Shown here: positions 1 through 11,284 of the stretch, in pieces
Layout of the letters: every line of letters begins with the position of its first letter
Position numbering within the stretch: the stretch's first letter is position 1
Origin: an uncultured Alphaproteobacteria bacterium
GTDB taxonomy: Bacteria; Pseudomonadota; Alphaproteobacteria; HIMB59; GCA-002718135
NCBI GenBank assembly: GCA_902597015.1
Contig: CACJWQ010000006.1
Coordinates: forward strand, 3,513 to 67,512
Direction of reading: 5' to 3'
DNA: 64,000 nucleotides
Made by a program: the position numbers and the translations under genes
The notes under the pieces: model-generated
Seen by the model: only the letters and a program-made list of their open reading frames with translations
The model's database searches: none
What the model was told of the DNA's origin: nothing

Positions 1-1109
1 TAAGTTTTAACAGTTTCTAAATTAACCAAATGTCTCATGATATGATATTCTTCTAATAAGCCATTTGCCCCAAGCATATCACGCGCATTTCTAACTATGT
101 CTAAAGATTTTTTACAGTTATTTTTTTTTAAAATACTAATTGCATTAATAATATCTTTTCCCTCATCTAAAGCTTTAGAGCTTAATATACATGATGCCAA
201 TCCTAGATTTATCTCAATTTGCATCTCAGATAATTTTTTTTGAATTAATTGATTTGACGCTAAAGGTTTTTTAAACATTATTCTATTTTCTACATAGTCT
301 TTTGCAATCAACCAACATTCAGATGCTGAACCTAAAACACCCCAGCTAATTCCAAATCTTGCTTTATTAAGACAACTAAAAACTGATTTCCAACCTTGGG
401 TATTTTCTAAACACAAATTATTAGGAACAAAAACATTATTTAAAATTACTTGCCCAGTTGGACTGATTTTTAAACTGGTTTTATTTTCTATTGTTGAAGT
501 ATTTAATCCTTCAGTATTTTTTTCAATTATAAAACCTTTGATACTTTTGTGATCTTTGTTTTCTTCAATTGCCCAAATAATAAATATGTCAGCAATTGGT
601 GCATTCGTAATCCAGTTTTTAGATCCATTTAAAATATATCCATCTTTAGTTTTTTTAAATGAAGTTTTCATTGAAGCAGGATCAGAACCAGCTTCACTTT
701 CTGTTAAACCAAAGCAACCAATTTTTTCTCCTTTAATTAATTGAGGAAGATATTTATCTTTTTGTTCTTGTGATCCAAATTCATTAATTGGATTTATCAC
801 CAGGGAAGATTGAACAGATATTGAAGATCTATAGCTGCTATCTATTTTTTCAAATTCATATGCTACAAGTCCATATGCTAAATTTGATGTACCAGAACCA
901 CCGTGTGTTTTAACTGTTTGCCCTAAAACTCCAAGTGATCCAAACTTTGGATAGAGACTTTGATCAAATTGATTTTTTCTATTTCTTTCAACTACTGTAG
1001 GTTTGAGTTCATTATTACAAAAATCTCTGACATTTTTCTGAATAATACTTTCTTCTTCACTTAAATGACTTTGGATATAAAATGGGTCAAACCAATTATT
1101 TTCTTTCAT
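1..1109 (-). CDS. gcdH: Glutaryl-CoA dehydrogenase-like acyl-CoA dehydrogenase (3' end runs off the window)
   Basis: Not in the ORF track; translated by hand from ATG at 1109: MKENNWFDPFYIQSHLSEEE...SSYRSSISVQSSLV...GCFGLTESEAGSDP...IMRHLVNLETVKT, typical GCDH motifs. Confidence 0.85.
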   Translation of the reverse strand, partial: MKENNWFDPFYIQSHLSEEESIIQKNVRDFCNNELKPTVVERNRKNQFDQSLYPKFGSLGVLGQTVKTHGGSGTSNLAYGLVAYEFEKIDSSYRSSISVQSSLVINPINEFGSQEQKDKYLPQLIKGEKIGCFGLTESEAGSDPASMKTSFKKTKDGYILNGSKNWITNAPIADIFIIWAIEENKDHKSIKGFIIEKNTEGLNTSTIENKTSLKISPTGQVILNNVFVPNNLCLENTQGWKSVFSCLNKARFGISWGVLGSASECWLIAKDYVENRIMFKKPLASNQLIQKKLSEMQIEINLGLASCILSSKALDEGKDIINAISILKKNNCKKSLDIVRNARDMLGANGLLEEYHIMRHLVNLETVKT

Positions 1110-1160
1110 ACAATATTAGCCAATATCACTATTTTAATGTAAATAACCACTTAAATTATT

Positions 1161-1580
1161 ATGCAAAATAAGAATATATTCATTGCCTCAGACCATGCTG
1201 GATTTGACCTCAAAACCAAATTGCTAAAGAATTTTCCAAAAATTAATGATTTAGGAACAAAGACAGATGAGAGTGTTGACTATCCTGATTTTGCACACAA
1301 ATTAACTAGAGAGGTTCTTAAGAATAAGAAAAACGTTGGTATTCTAATTTGTGGAACTGGTGTTGGTATGAGTATTGCAGCTAATAGAAAAAAAGGAATA
1401 AGGGCTGGTCTTGCTAATAATTCAAAAATAGCAAGATTGATAAGAAAGCACAATGATGCTAATGTACTTGTTTTACCAGGAAGATTTATAAATACTAGCG
1501 AGGCAAAAAAAAGTGTTCAGGCTTTTCTTTCTACAAAGTTTGAGTCAGGACGACATAAAAGAAGGATTAAAAAATTATGA
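1161..1580 (+). CDS. rpiB: Ribose-5-phosphate isomerase B
   Basis: SDHAG, DYPD, CGTGVG, HNDANV, GRH motifs; upstream of glyA. Confidence 0.95.
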   Translation: MQNKNIFIASDHAGFDLKTKLLKNFPKINDLGTKTDESVDYPDFAHKLTREVLKNKKNVGILICGTGVGMSIAANRKKGIRAGLANNSKIARLIRKHNDANVLVLPGRFINTSEAKKSVQAFLSTKFESGRHKRRIKKL

Positions 1581-2866
1581 TTTCAGATTTGTTTACTAAA
1601 GGAATTAAAGAAGCAGACCCAGAAGTTTACGGAACATTAAGCCGTGAATTAGAAAGACAGCAAAACCAAATAGAGTTGATTGCATCTGAAAACATTGCAT
1701 CAAGATCAATTCTAAATGCTCAAGGCTCTGTTATGACAAATAAATATGCAGAAGGGTATCCTGGTAAACGATATTATGGTGGATGTGAATTCGTAGATCA
1801 AGCAGAAGAAATTGCTTTAGAAAGAGTTAAAAAACTTTTCAATTGTAAATTTGCAAACTTACAACCACATAGTGGAGCGCAGGCAAACCAAGCAGTTTTT
1901 TTAGCTTTACTTCAACCGCATGATACTATTTTAGGTATGTCACTTGCATCTGGAGGTCACTTAACCCATGGAGCAAAACCTAATTTATCTGGTAAATGGT
2001 TTAATGCTGTTCAATACGGTGTAAAAAAAGATGGCAATGATAAAGATTTAATCGATTATGATGAAGTTGAAGCATTAGCATTAGAGCATAAACCAAAAAT
2101 GATAATTGCGGGAGCCTCCGCTTATCCAAGAACAATAGATTGGAAAAAGTTTAGAGAAATAGCTGATAAAGTAGGAGCATATTTTTTAGTTGATATGGCT
2201 CACTACTCTGGTCTGGTTGCTGGTAAACAATATCCAAATCCTATTGAGCATGCACATGTAGTAACTTCAACAACGCATAAAACTTTAAGAGGTGCAAGAA
2301 GTGCAATGATTTTAACTAATCATGAAGATTTATATAAAAAAATTAATTCTGCTGTTTTTCCTGGATTACAAGGTGGTCCATTAATGCATGTAATTGCAGC
2401 TAGAGCTGTTTGCTTTGGTGAAGCACTTAAACCTGAATTCGAAGAATATATTAAAAATGTTATTGCTAGTGCTAAAGTTATGGCAAAAACTTTAGTTGAT
2501 AGAGGATTTAGAATTGTTACAGGAGGCACAGATTCACATATAGTTTGGTTAGATTTGACGCCAAAAGGTTTAACTGGTGATAAAGCTGAAAAAATTTTAG
2601 AAGAAGTTGGATTGGCATGTAACAAAAATGCAATTCCATATGATCCTAATCCACCAAAAATAACTAGTGGACTTAGATTTGGAACTGCAGCTGCTACGAC
2701 CAGAGGTTTTAATCAGAAAGATTTTGAACAAGTTGGAAATATGATTGCTGATATCTTGGATAGTCTTTTACTTGAAGAAAATGAGAGAAATGTAGTTTTT
2801 AATAAAACAAGAAAAGATGTGATTGAGCTTTGCAAAAAATATCCAATTTATAGTGAGGCATTTTAA
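1577..2866 (+). CDS. glyA: Serine hydroxymethyltransferase
   Basis: [31 protein letters not shown] (PLP lysine), FPGLQGGP. Confidence 0.98.
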   Translation: MISDLFTKGIKEADPEVYGTLSRELERQQNQIELIASENIASRSILNAQGSVMTNKYAEGYPGKRYYGGCEFVDQAEEIALERVKKLFNCKFANLQPHSGAQANQAVFLALLQPHDTILGMSLASGGHLTHGAKPNLSGKWFNAVQYGVKKDGNDKDLIDYDEVEALALEHKPKMIIAGASAYPRTIDWKKFREIADKVGAYFLVDMAHYSGLVAGKQYPNPIEHAHVVTSTTHKTLRGARSAMILTNHEDLYKKINSAVFPGLQGGPLMHVIAARAVCFGEALKPEFEEYIKNVIASAKVMAKTLVDRGFRIVTGGTDSHIVWLDLTPKGLTGDKAEKILEEVGLACNKNAIPYDPNPPKITSGLRFGTAAATTRGFNQKDFEQVGNMIADILDSLLLEENERNVVFNKTRKDVIELCKKYPIYSEAF

Positions 2867-3319
2867 ATGAGATGCCCCTTCTGTAGTAATGAAGATACAC
2901 AAGTAAAAGACTCAAGACCTACAGAAGATAATACAGCTATAAGAAGAAGAAGAGTTTGTGATGCTTGTGGCTCAAGATTTACAACTTTTGAGAGAATTCA
3001 GTTAAGGGATTTGGTCGTAATGAAAAGTAACGGTCAAAAAGAAAATTTTGATAGAGATAAAATGTATAGATCTCTTTCTTTAGCTTTAAGAAAAAGAAAT
3101 GTTGATAATGAAAAAATTGAAAAAATTGTCAATGCTATTGTAAGAAAATTAGAAAATTCAGGTGAAACTGATATAAAATCTAATATTATCGGTCAGTACA
3201 TTATGGAAGCTTTAATGCATTTAGATCAGGTAGCATACGTCAGATTTGCATCTGTTTACAAAAATTTTAGAGAAGCAAAAGATTTTGAAGATTTCTTAGG
3301 TAATTTAGAAGATAAATAA
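2867..3319 (+). CDS. nrdR: Transcriptional repressor NrdR
   Basis: MRCPFC...RRRRVC..C..RFTTFE zinc ribbon, ATP cone, [10 protein letters not shown]. Confidence 0.97.
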   Translation: MRCPFCSNEDTQVKDSRPTEDNTAIRRRRVCDACGSRFTTFERIQLRDLVVMKSNGQKENFDRDKMYRSLSLALRKRNVDNEKIEKIVNAIVRKLENSGETDIKSNIIGQYIMEALMHLDQVAYVRFASVYKNFREAKDFEDFLGNLEDK

Positions 3320-3325
3320 TTTTTA

Positions 3326-4408
3326 GTGTCTCAACAAAATGTAAAGATGATTAATTTAGCGCATGATATTGCTAAAAAAAAATTTGGACAAACTTTCCCC
3401 AACCCTATTGTGGGCTGTGTAATTGCAAAAAATTCAAAAATAATTTCTAAAGCTGTAACGAATAAATCTGGAAGGCCTCATGCCGAAGAAATAGCTCTAG
3501 CTAAAGCTGGTCATAAAGCTAAAGGAGCTTCAATGTATGTTACTTTAGAACCATGTTTTCATAGTTCAAAAGATGGATCATGCACAGATCAAATATTAAG
3601 ATCAGGAATTAAAGAAATATTTATATCTGCAGCTGATCCAGATGTTAGAACTAATTATAAAAGTATTAAAAAGTTAAAAAAAAATAATGTAATTGTAAAT
3701 GTAGGTTTAGAAAAGAATAGAACATATAATTTAAATAAATTTTTTTTTAAAAGTGTTTTAAAGAAAAAACCATTCACAAAAGTCAAAATTGCAACTTCTA
3801 CAGATGAAAAAATTGCATGGCATGATTATAAAAGTAAATGGATATCTAATAAATTGAGTAGAGAATATGCGCATAAGTTGAGATCAAAGAGTCAAGCTAT
3901 TTTAACTACTTCAAAAACTGTAATAAAAGATGATCCAAGATTAACTATAAGATTAAAAAAAACTTTAGAGCAACATATTCCAATTATAATAATTGATAAT
4001 AATCTAAAAATACCAATGAAATCAAAAATATTAAAAGATATATCTAAAAAAAGAATTATTATCTTTACTTCTAAAAAAAATAAAAAATCTGAAAATTTAA
4101 TTAAATTAGGATGTGAAATTATTCTTTGTAAATTAAATAAAAACAAAAAACTAAATTTAAAAAATATTTTTAGCAAAATATACTCATTAAAAATATCTGA
4201 TTTATTAGTTGAAGCAGGAGGTATTTTTTTTGCGGAATTATTAAATAATAATTTAGTTGACGAAATTCATTTATTTAAATCCAAAATTATTATAGGAAAA
4301 CATGGAAAACCAGCAATTGTTGGAAAAAAACTTAGTCAACTAAATTTATCTTTAAATGAAAGAAAAAAATTCAAAGACGACATATATACAAACTATCAGG
4401 TGAATTAA
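3326..4408 (+). CDS. ribD: Riboflavin biosynthesis deaminase/reductase RibD
   Basis: PNPIVG, HAEE, TLEPCxH..C deaminase motifs; DDPRLT and LVEAGG reductase motifs; GTG start. Confidence 0.93.
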   Translation: MSQQNVKMINLAHDIAKKKFGQTFPNPIVGCVIAKNSKIISKAVTNKSGRPHAEEIALAKAGHKAKGASMYVTLEPCFHSSKDGSCTDQILRSGIKEIFISAADPDVRTNYKSIKKLKKNNVIVNVGLEKNRTYNLNKFFFKSVLKKKPFTKVKIATSTDEKIAWHDYKSKWISNKLSREYAHKLRSKSQAILTTSKTVIKDDPRLTIRLKKTLEQHIPIIIIDNNLKIPMKSKILKDISKKRIIIFTSKKNKKSENLIKLGCEIILCKLNKNKKLNLKNIFSKIYSLKISDLLVEAGGIFFAELLNNNLVDEIHLFKSKIIIGKHGKPAIVGKKLSQLNLSLNERKKFKDDIYTNYQVN

Positions 4409-4998
4409 TGTTTACAGGTATTATTCAAGATTTAGGAAAAATAAAAACCAAAGATGAGGGGCTTTACCAAATATCTACAAATCTTGATTTAAGTAATTGT
4501 AAGGAAGGTTCTTCAATTTCTTGTAATGGAGTCTGTCTTACAGCAAAAAATATTACTCAAAAAGATAACAAATTATTTAGCTTTGAAGTGAATATAGGAG
4601 AGGAAACTTTAAAAAGAACAAATCTCTCTAACTCCATTTTAAAAAATGAAAAAATTAACTTGGAAAAATCCCTAAAGATAGGTGATGAAATCAGTGGTCA
4701 CTTTGTATATGGTCATGTTGATACTACAACTACTGTTATTGAAATTTTAGAACTTGAAAATAGTTGGGAATATCATTTTGAAAAAAAATTTAATAAAAAC
4801 AATAAATTTATAGTAGAAAAAGGATCTATTTCAATAAATGGTATCTCTTTAACAGTAGCAAAAGTAGAAAATAATTCCTTTATGATTTCAATCATAGACC
4901 ATACATTTCATAATACTAACTTAAAATTTTTGAATAAAAGTGATCAAGTAAACATTGAATTTGATTATCTTGCTCGTTTCATTTTTAACAATGAATAA
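4408..4998 (+). CDS. ribE: Riboflavin synthase (alpha chain)
   Basis: MFTGII N-terminus, GHFVYGHVD, KGSISINGISLT. Confidence 0.95.
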   Translation: MFTGIIQDLGKIKTKDEGLYQISTNLDLSNCKEGSSISCNGVCLTAKNITQKDNKLFSFEVNIGEETLKRTNLSNSILKNEKINLEKSLKIGDEISGHFVYGHVDTTTTVIEILELENSWEYHFEKKFNKNNKFIVEKGSISINGISLTVAKVENNSFMISIIDHTFHNTNLKFLNKSDQVNIEFDYLARFIFNNE

Positions 4999-6094
4999 AG
5001 ATAACTTTGAAGAAAATTTGTCTTCTATTGAAGAGATTATAGAAGATGCAAAAAATGGCAAAATGTATATTCTTGTCGATGATCCCGATAGAGAAAATGA
5101 AGGTGATTTAATCATTCCAGCTCAATATGCTAGCCCTCAAACTATTAATTTTATGGCAAAGCATGGAAGGGGATTAATTTGTTTAGCATTAACTAGGGAT
5201 AGAATAGAAGAATTGGAACTTCCCTTAATGAATCCAAGTAATATAAAAAATGATTTAACTGCTTTTACTGTTTCGATTGAAGCAAAAGAAGGAGTGACAA
5301 CAGGAATATCTGCAGCTGATAGAGCTCATACAATATCAGTAGCTGTAAATAATAATAGAAACAAGAATGATCTTGTTTATCCTGGACACGTTTTCCCTCT
5401 TATGTCTTGGGATGGGGGTGTTTTAGTACGTGCTGGTCATACAGAGGCAGCAGTTGATATTTCAAAACTTGCAAATTTAAATCCTTCTGGCGTTATTTGT
5501 GAAATTATGAGCGAAGATGGATCTATGGCGAGATTACCAGAAATTATCAAGTTTGCAAAATTACATAATTTGAAAGTAGGAACGGTTAGTGATTTAATTA
5601 AGTTTAGACTTAAAAAAACTAAAATTGTCGAACAGATCTCTGAAAGGCCATTTGAAAGTGAGATGGGGTCACAATTTACTCTAAAAGTATTTCAAAATAC
5701 TATTTCAGGTGAAAAGCATTACGCTTTAGTAAAAAATTTAAGTGATGTAAAGCAACCAGTGATTGTGAGAATGCACAGATTAGATGTTACAAAGGATATA
5801 TTTGAAGAAAAAAATATTTTTGGAAGTGAAATTAAGTCTGCCTTTCAGCTTATAGAGAAGAATGGATCAGGAGCTATAGTTTTAATAAATAGTGACATGT
5901 CACCAAATATACTCAAAACTTTTAATAAAAGAAAAAGATCAAAAAATAAATTAGAATTAAGAGAATATGGTGTAGGTGCTCAGATTTTATCATTACTTCA
6001 AATAAATAAAATTATACTATTAACAAATACTAAGAAAAGAATTATTGCCTTGGATGGATTTAATATTGAAATAGTTGATCAGAGAAAAATATGA
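4991..6094 (+). CDS. ribB: 3,4-dihydroxy-2-butanone-4-phosphate synthase fused to a degenerate GTP cyclohydrolase II domain (RibBX-type)
   Basis: DDPDRENEGD, AFTVS, TTGISAADR, RAGHTEA; C-terminal domain lacks the RibA Zn-cysteines; ATG 4991 preferred over TTG 4955. Confidence 0.9.
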   Translation: MNKDNFEENLSSIEEIIEDAKNGKMYILVDDPDRENEGDLIIPAQYASPQTINFMAKHGRGLICLALTRDRIEELELPLMNPSNIKNDLTAFTVSIEAKEGVTTGISAADRAHTISVAVNNNRNKNDLVYPGHVFPLMSWDGGVLVRAGHTEAAVDISKLANLNPSGVICEIMSEDGSMARLPEIIKFAKLHNLKVGTVSDLIKFRLKKTKIVEQISERPFESEMGSQFTLKVFQNTISGEKHYALVKNLSDVKQPVIVRMHRLDVTKDIFEEKNIFGSEIKSAFQLIEKNGSGAIVLINSDMSPNILKTFNKRKRSKNKLELREYGVGAQILSLLQINKIILLTNTKKRIIALDGFNIEIVDQRKI

Positions 6095-6492
6095 ATAATA
6101 AAATTCTAATAGTTTCTGCAAATTATTATAAAGAAATTTCGAAAAACCTTGAATTGGGTGCAAGCAAAACGCTTAAAGAAAATGGTTATGAGTATGAAAT
6201 TATTAATGCACCAGGTTGTTTTGAAATTCCCTATTTAATAAAAAAAAATATAGACAATTTTAAAGGATTTATTTCTTTAGGATGTATCATTAAAGGTGAC
6301 ACATATCATTTCGAAGTTATTGCTAATGAAACTTCTAGAAAAATTATGGATCTATCTGTTGAGTTTAATGTTCCAATTGGTTTTGGTATCTTAACATGTT
6401 ATGATTTAGAACAAGCAATAATAAGAAGTGATGTTAATCAAAAAAATAAAGGTCAAGAAGCTGCATTAGCTTGCATAGAGTTACTAAAATAA
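6091..6492 (+). CDS. ribH: 6,7-dimethyl-8-ribityllumazine synthase
   Basis: PGCFEIP, LGCIIKGDTYHFE, FGILT, NKGQEAA. Confidence 0.93.
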   Translation: MNNKILIVSANYYKEISKNLELGASKTLKENGYEYEIINAPGCFEIPYLIKKNIDNFKGFISLGCIIKGDTYHFEVIANETSRKIMDLSVEFNVPIGFGILTCYDLEQAIIRSDVNQKNKGQEAALACIELLK

Positions 6493-6495
6493 AAA

Positions 6496-6966
6496 ATGCA
6501 AAATTACATCAAGTCACAAACAAGACTTGCATTTGTGCAATATATTTTTCAGAATGAATTCATAGGTACAGATTCTTTAGAAAGTATCGAAGATTTTCAA
6601 AAGCATTTTTATGATACTAATATTGCGATAATTGATGAAAAAAAAGAATTTAAGCTTAAATTTAATAAAAATTTTTTAAATAAACTTTTTTCTAGTCTTA
6701 AAAATAATATTCATAAAAAAAATATCACTGAGGATTTAAATGGTTTTATTGATATTAATCGTAGATTTGAAAAATGGGATAATATTTTAAAATCACTAAT
6801 ATTTGCAATTATTACTGAATTAAAAATTACAGATAAAAATAAATTTAAAATTGTTCTTAATGACTATTTGAATATTAGTAAAAGTCTTGTGTCACAAAAA
6901 GAAACTAAATTAATTAATGCTATAATTCAAAAATATATAGATAAAGATGAAATCAACAAAAAATAG
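6496..6966 (+). CDS. nusB: Transcription antitermination factor NusB (divergent)
   Basis: Position between ribH and thiL; RLAFVQYIFQ N-terminal helix; LINAII C-terminus. Confidence 0.75.
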   Translation: MQNYIKSQTRLAFVQYIFQNEFIGTDSLESIEDFQKHFYDTNIAIIDEKKEFKLKFNKNFLNKLFSSLKNNIHKKNITEDLNGFIDINRRFEKWDNILKSLIFAIITELKITDKNKFKIVLNDYLNISKSLVSQKETKLINAIIQKYIDKDEINKK

Positions 6967-7927
6967 TTTATCTGAAAAATTAATAATTAATAGATATTTA
7001 AAAAAATTAAATTTTAAAAATAAGGGAACATTTAATTTTGAAAATGATGGAGCATATTTAGACTTAATCAGTAAAAATTATAAACTAACCGTTACGACTG
7101 ATCATATTTCTGAAGATATAGATTTTTTCTCTAATGATGATCCTAAGTCAATAGCCCAGAAAATTACAACTGTTAATTTATCTGACATTTTTGCTATGGG
7201 AGCAGTGCCCCATTCCTATCTTTTGAATTTGCATTTACCAAATTATATTAATGAAAATTGGTTAAATTCATTTTCAAATCAATTAAAAAAAATTCAAAAT
7301 AAATATGGGTTTTATCTTTTGGGTGGTGATTTATCAAAATCAAATAAACTTATTGTTTCTTCAACTTTTTTTGGATCTATAAAAAAGAAATTAGAAATAT
7401 TTCAAAATAAATTTAATTTATATGATGATATTTTAATAACTGGCAATATAGGTGAGTCAAAAATTGGTTTAGAAATTTTAAAAAAAAAAATTTCATCAAA
7501 TATAAATTTGAATCAATATTTTATTAAAAAATATTTATATCCAATACCTTGTAAACTTGGACCATTGATTGCAAATCATGTTAATTCAATGAAAGATATT
7601 TCTGATGGTCTAATTGGAGATTTAACTGATATGTTAAATGATAAATATGGTGCATTAATTAATGTAAATACAATTCCATTAAGTGTTAAAACAAAAATAA
7701 TTCTCAATAATAAAAATAATTTTAGATTAGAAGACCTATTAAATGCTGGAGATGATTATGGGTTGATAATCATATCTAGTCAAAAAAATAGAAATAAAAT
7801 TTTTAACATTGCCAATAAAAATAATGTTAAAATTTCGTGTGTGGGGAAAATTATTAATGAAAAAGGAATTTATTTCGATTCACATTTAGATATGAAGAAC
7901 ATGAAGAAATTTGATCATTTCTCCTAA
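6947..7927 (+). CDS. thiL: Thiamine-monophosphate kinase
   Basis: NDGA, TTD, VNLSDIFAMGA, LLGGD, DISDGL, GDDY motifs. Confidence 0.9.
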   Translation: MKSTKNSLSEKLIINRYLKKLNFKNKGTFNFENDGAYLDLISKNYKLTVTTDHISEDIDFFSNDDPKSIAQKITTVNLSDIFAMGAVPHSYLLNLHLPNYINENWLNSFSNQLKKIQNKYGFYLLGGDLSKSNKLIVSSTFFGSIKKKLEIFQNKFNLYDDILITGNIGESKIGLEILKKKISSNINLNQYFIKKYLYPIPCKLGPLIANHVNSMKDISDGLIGDLTDMLNDKYGALINVNTIPLSVKTKIILNNKNNFRLEDLLNAGDDYGLIIISSQKNRNKIFNIANKNNVKISCVGKIINEKGIYFDSHLDMKNMKKFDHFS

Positions 7928-7984
7928 AAACTTGATTTTTTTTATAGTTTCTGACATATCACCCAAAATTTTAAGGAGTTTTCA

Positions 7985-10090
7985 ATGACAACACTGCAGG
8001 TATTAATTGTTTTATGCGGTCTAGCAGCCGTATTATATGGTCTAGTTACATCTAGGCAAATTTTATCACTTGGTTCTGGAAATGATAAAATGCAAGAAAT
8101 TGCTGGCGCAATTCAAGAGGGAGCTAGAGCTTATTTAAACAGACAGTACATGACAATCGCGATAGTGGGTGTTGTTATTTTTGCACTCATATGGATTGTT
8201 TTTGATTTAGCATCAGGAATTGGTTTTTTAATTGGTGCTTTTTTTTCTGGTGCTGCGGGTTATGTTGGAATGAATATATCAGTTAGATCTAATGTTCGCA
8301 CAACACATGCTGCAAGTAATAGCTTAGCTGATGGCTTATCAGTATCATTTAAAGCAGGTGCTGTAACTGGAATGCTTGTTGCAGGATTTGCACTACTTTC
8401 TATCGCAGTTTTTTATTTTGTTTTGCACAACTCTGGTTCATTCCCCGGTAGAGAGATTGTTGCTCCTTTAGTCTCTTTAGGATTTGGTGCTTCTTTAATT
8501 TCAATATTTGCAAGACTAGGAGGTGGTATTTTTACCAAAGGCGCTGATGTAGGTGCAGATTTAGTTGGTAAAGTAGAAGCAGGTATCCCAGAAGATGACC
8601 CACGAAATCCTGCTGTTATTGCAGACAACGTTGGCGATAACGTTGGTGATTGTGCAGGTATGGCTGCAGATCTCTTTGAAACTTACGTTGTTACAGTTGT
8701 GGCAACAATGGTTTTAGCATCTATTTTTTTTATAGAAAATTCCTATACAATGATGATTTTTCCTTTAGCTATTGCAGGAGTTTGTGCTTTAACTAGTATA
8801 ATTGGCACTTATTTTGTTAAGCTTGGAAAAAATAATAATATTATGGCAGCTCTTTACAGAGGTTTTGCCGTTTCAGCTATTTTATCAGCAATATTATTAT
8901 ATTTTGTAACTGATTATATAGTTGGCTTAAATAGCATCTTAGTTGTTGAGGGTACATCTACACAATTCAGTGGAATGTCACTTTTTATCTGTGGTTTACT
9001 AGGTCTTATTATAACAGGCTTAATCATATGGGTAACAGAATATTATACAGGTACTAATTATAGACCTGTTCAAAGTATTGCTCAATCTTCAACTACAGGC
9101 CACGGAACAAATGTAATTCAAGGACTCGCAATAAGTTTAGAAGCAACAGCACTTCCAGCTTTAATTATTGTTGCTGGTATTATATCCACCTATTCACTAG
9201 CTGGTTTATTTGGCATAGCTATTGCTGTTACAACTATGTTAGCTTTAGCTGGTATGGTTGTTGCGCTAGATGCATACGGGCCTGTAACAGATAATGCTGG
9301 TGGTATAGCTGAAATGTCAAACTTAGATGAGAATGTAAGAAAGACAACTGATGCACTTGATGCAGTTGGTAATACAACTAAAGCTGTTACTAAGGGTTAT
9401 GCAATAGGATCAGCTGGATTAGGTGCGTTAGTTTTATTTGCAGCTTATACAGAGGATCTTGATCATTTTGCTAAAGATCCAGCAAGTCCTCTGTATGGAA
9501 TAGAAGTTTCTTTTGATTTATCAAATCCTTACGTAGTTGTTGGTTTATTATTAGGAGGACTATTACCTTTCTTATTTGGTGCTCTGAGTATGACGGCAGT
9601 TGGAAGAGCAGCTGGCTCAGTAGTTTTAGAAGTAAGAAGACAGTTTAAAGAAATTCCTGGTATTATGGAAGGTAAGGGTAAGCCAGAATATGGAACGTGT
9701 GTTGATATACTTACTAAGTCAGCAATTAAAGAGATGATTGTACCATCAATGTTACCTGTATTATCACCTATTGTCGTCTATTTCGTTATATTATTTATAG
9801 CAGGTCAAGCAGCAGCTTTATCATGTTTAGGAGCACTATTACTTGGTGTAATTATAACAGGTTTATTTGTTGCTATAAGTATGACTGCAGGTGGTGGCGC
9901 ATGGGATAATGCAAAAAAATATATTGAAGATGGTAACCACGGAGGTAAAGGTAGTGAAGCCCATAAGGCAGCCGTAACAGGTGATACTGTTGGCGATCCT
10001 TACAAAGATACAGCTGGTCCTGCAGTTAATCCAATGATTAAAATAACAAATATTGTTGCTCTTTTACTTCTTGCTGCAATATCATTATAA
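7985..10090 (+). CDS. hppA: Membrane-bound H+-translocating pyrophosphatase, K+-independent type
   Basis: [55 protein letters not shown]; AAGGAG RBS. Confidence 0.96.
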   Translation: MTTLQVLIVLCGLAAVLYGLVTSRQILSLGSGNDKMQEIAGAIQEGARAYLNRQYMTIAIVGVVIFALIWIVFDLASGIGFLIGAFFSGAAGYVGMNISVRSNVRTTHAASNSLADGLSVSFKAGAVTGMLVAGFALLSIAVFYFVLHNSGSFPGREIVAPLVSLGFGASLISIFARLGGGIFTKGADVGADLVGKVEAGIPEDDPRNPAVIADNVGDNVGDCAGMAADLFETYVVTVVATMVLASIFFIENSYTMMIFPLAIAGVCALTSIIGTYFVKLGKNNNIMAALYRGFAVSAILSAILLYFVTDYIVGLNSILVVEGTSTQFSGMSLFICGLLGLIITGLIIWVTEYYTGTNYRPVQSIAQSSTTGHGTNVIQGLAISLEATALPALIIVAGIISTYSLAGLFGIAIAVTTMLALAGMVVALDAYGPVTDNAGGIAEMSNLDENVRKTTDALDAVGNTTKAVTKGYAIGSAGLGALVLFAAYTEDLDHFAKDPASPLYGIEVSFDLSNPYVVVGLLLGGLLPFLFGALSMTAVGRAAGSVVLEVRRQFKEIPGIMEGKGKPEYGTCVDILTKSAIKEMIVPSMLPVLSPIVVYFVILFIAGQAAALSCLGALLLGVIITGLFVAISMTAGGGAWDNAKKYIEDGNHGGKGSEAHKAAVTGDTVGDPYKDTAGPAVNPMIKITNIVALLLLAAISL

Positions 10091-10093
10091 AAA

Positions 10094-10522
10094 TTAAGGA
10101 GAAGTTGGCAACTCTTGCTGAGTGCCAACTCCTCCAAATATTCTTTCCAGCAATCCTCTTTTAATTATTTCATTAGAAGTTTTGTCATTTGAGAAACTTA
10201 CATTTTTTACTTCTTCTGTATTGAAAACTTTTGTTTCTATTATTTCATCATTCTTGTCTATCTTAAATACAAAAACATAACTGTATTTTACTTCTTTATT
10301 AAAGATTGATTTTTTTTCACTTTTTTCAGAAAAATAAAAATATTTGTTTTCAATAGTATCAACATAACTTGGTTGACCTAATTTACTTACTAACCCTTCT
10401 TTATTCACAAAATTTATATCTTCTAATTGCTCTTGATTCAAAATTTTTCCAGAATAAATTACTTTATTAGAACAATTTGCCAAAGTTAAAAAAATAATTA
10501 TATAAAATATAAATTTACACAT
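10094..10522 (-). CDS. bamE: Outer-membrane assembly lipoprotein BamE/OmlA-like
   Basis: Lipobox LANC, LGQPS motif, GLLERIFGGVG tail; divergent from cbp3-like gene as in alphaproteobacteria. Confidence 0.7.
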   Translation of the reverse strand: MCKFIFYIIIFLTLANCSNKVIYSGKILNQEQLEDINFVNKEGLVSKLGQPSYVDTIENKYFYFSEKSEKKSIFNKEVKYSYVFVFKIDKNDEIIETKVFNTEEVKNVSFSNDKTSNEIIKRGLLERIFGGVGTQQELPTSP

Positions 10523-10525
10523 TAA

Positions 10526-11011
10526 ATGATATTACAATACTTTAAAAAAAAAGAAAATAAAGAGCAAAGTATTGCAAAAGAACAATATAAAAAAATTTTA
10601 TTTGAAAGTAATATTTTTTTAAAAAGTAACAACTTTTTTAAAGTAAAAAATTATAAAACTTCGTTTGAAATTGTTTCAATTTTTTTAATTATGTTTATTC
10701 GTATTAATTTATTAAAAGATAATAAAAAAAAATTTATTAAAGTTAATGATGAACTTATATCGTTGTTCATTTCTGATCTAGATGAGTCTTTAAGAGAAAA
10801 AGGTATTGGAGATATGTCAATAGGAAAATATGTAAAATCTTACGTTAAGAAATTTTACTTCAGAATAAGCAAATTTCCAGAAGATAATGATCTCTATAAA
10901 AATAAACATTTCATAGACTATCTTAAAATAACTAATTTATTTGAAAATGATGACTATAATAATGTTTCTAGAAAATTTAATGAAAAATTTATCAATTTTA
11001 TAAATTCTTAA
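10526..11011 (+). CDS. Ubiquinol-cytochrome c chaperone (Cbp3-like)
   Basis: DLDESLREKGIGDMSIGKYVK motif; synteny. Confidence 0.8.
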   Translation: MILQYFKKKENKEQSIAKEQYKKILFESNIFLKSNNFFKVKNYKTSFEIVSIFLIMFIRINLLKDNKKKFIKVNDELISLFISDLDESLREKGIGDMSIGKYVKSYVKKFYFRISKFPEDNDLYKNKHFIDYLKITNLFENDDYNNVSRKFNEKFINFINS

Positions 11012-11088
11012 ATATAATTTATTAAAATTTATCACAAATTAGTTAAGATTTTTCTTGAATAAATTTTAAAAACCAATATTTGGAAAAA

Positions 11089-11280
11089 ATGGCTGTACCT
11101 AAAAGAAAAACAAGTGTTTCAAAAAGAAATATGAGAAGATCCCATGATTCTCTAAAAAAAATTAATTTTATTTTAGACAAAGATTCTGGTGAACCAAGAC
11201 TACCTCACAAAATTGATCTTTCGACAGGTATGTATAATGGTCGAAAAATTTTAAAAAAGAAAACTAAAGAAAATAACTAA
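11089..11280 (+). CDS. rpmF: 50S ribosomal protein L32 (Cys-free type)
   Basis: [19 protein letters not shown]; ATG at 11089. Confidence 0.96.
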   Translation: MAVPKRKTSVSKRNMRRSHDSLKKINFILDKDSGEPRLPHKIDLSTGMYNGRKILKKKTKENN

Positions 11281-11284
11281 TATA

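Noticed and set aside
6496-7927. Highly divergent Lys/Asn/Ile-rich nusB and thiL as possible pseudogenes
   Set aside because: Full-length open frames with key motifs retained; composition explained by AT bias
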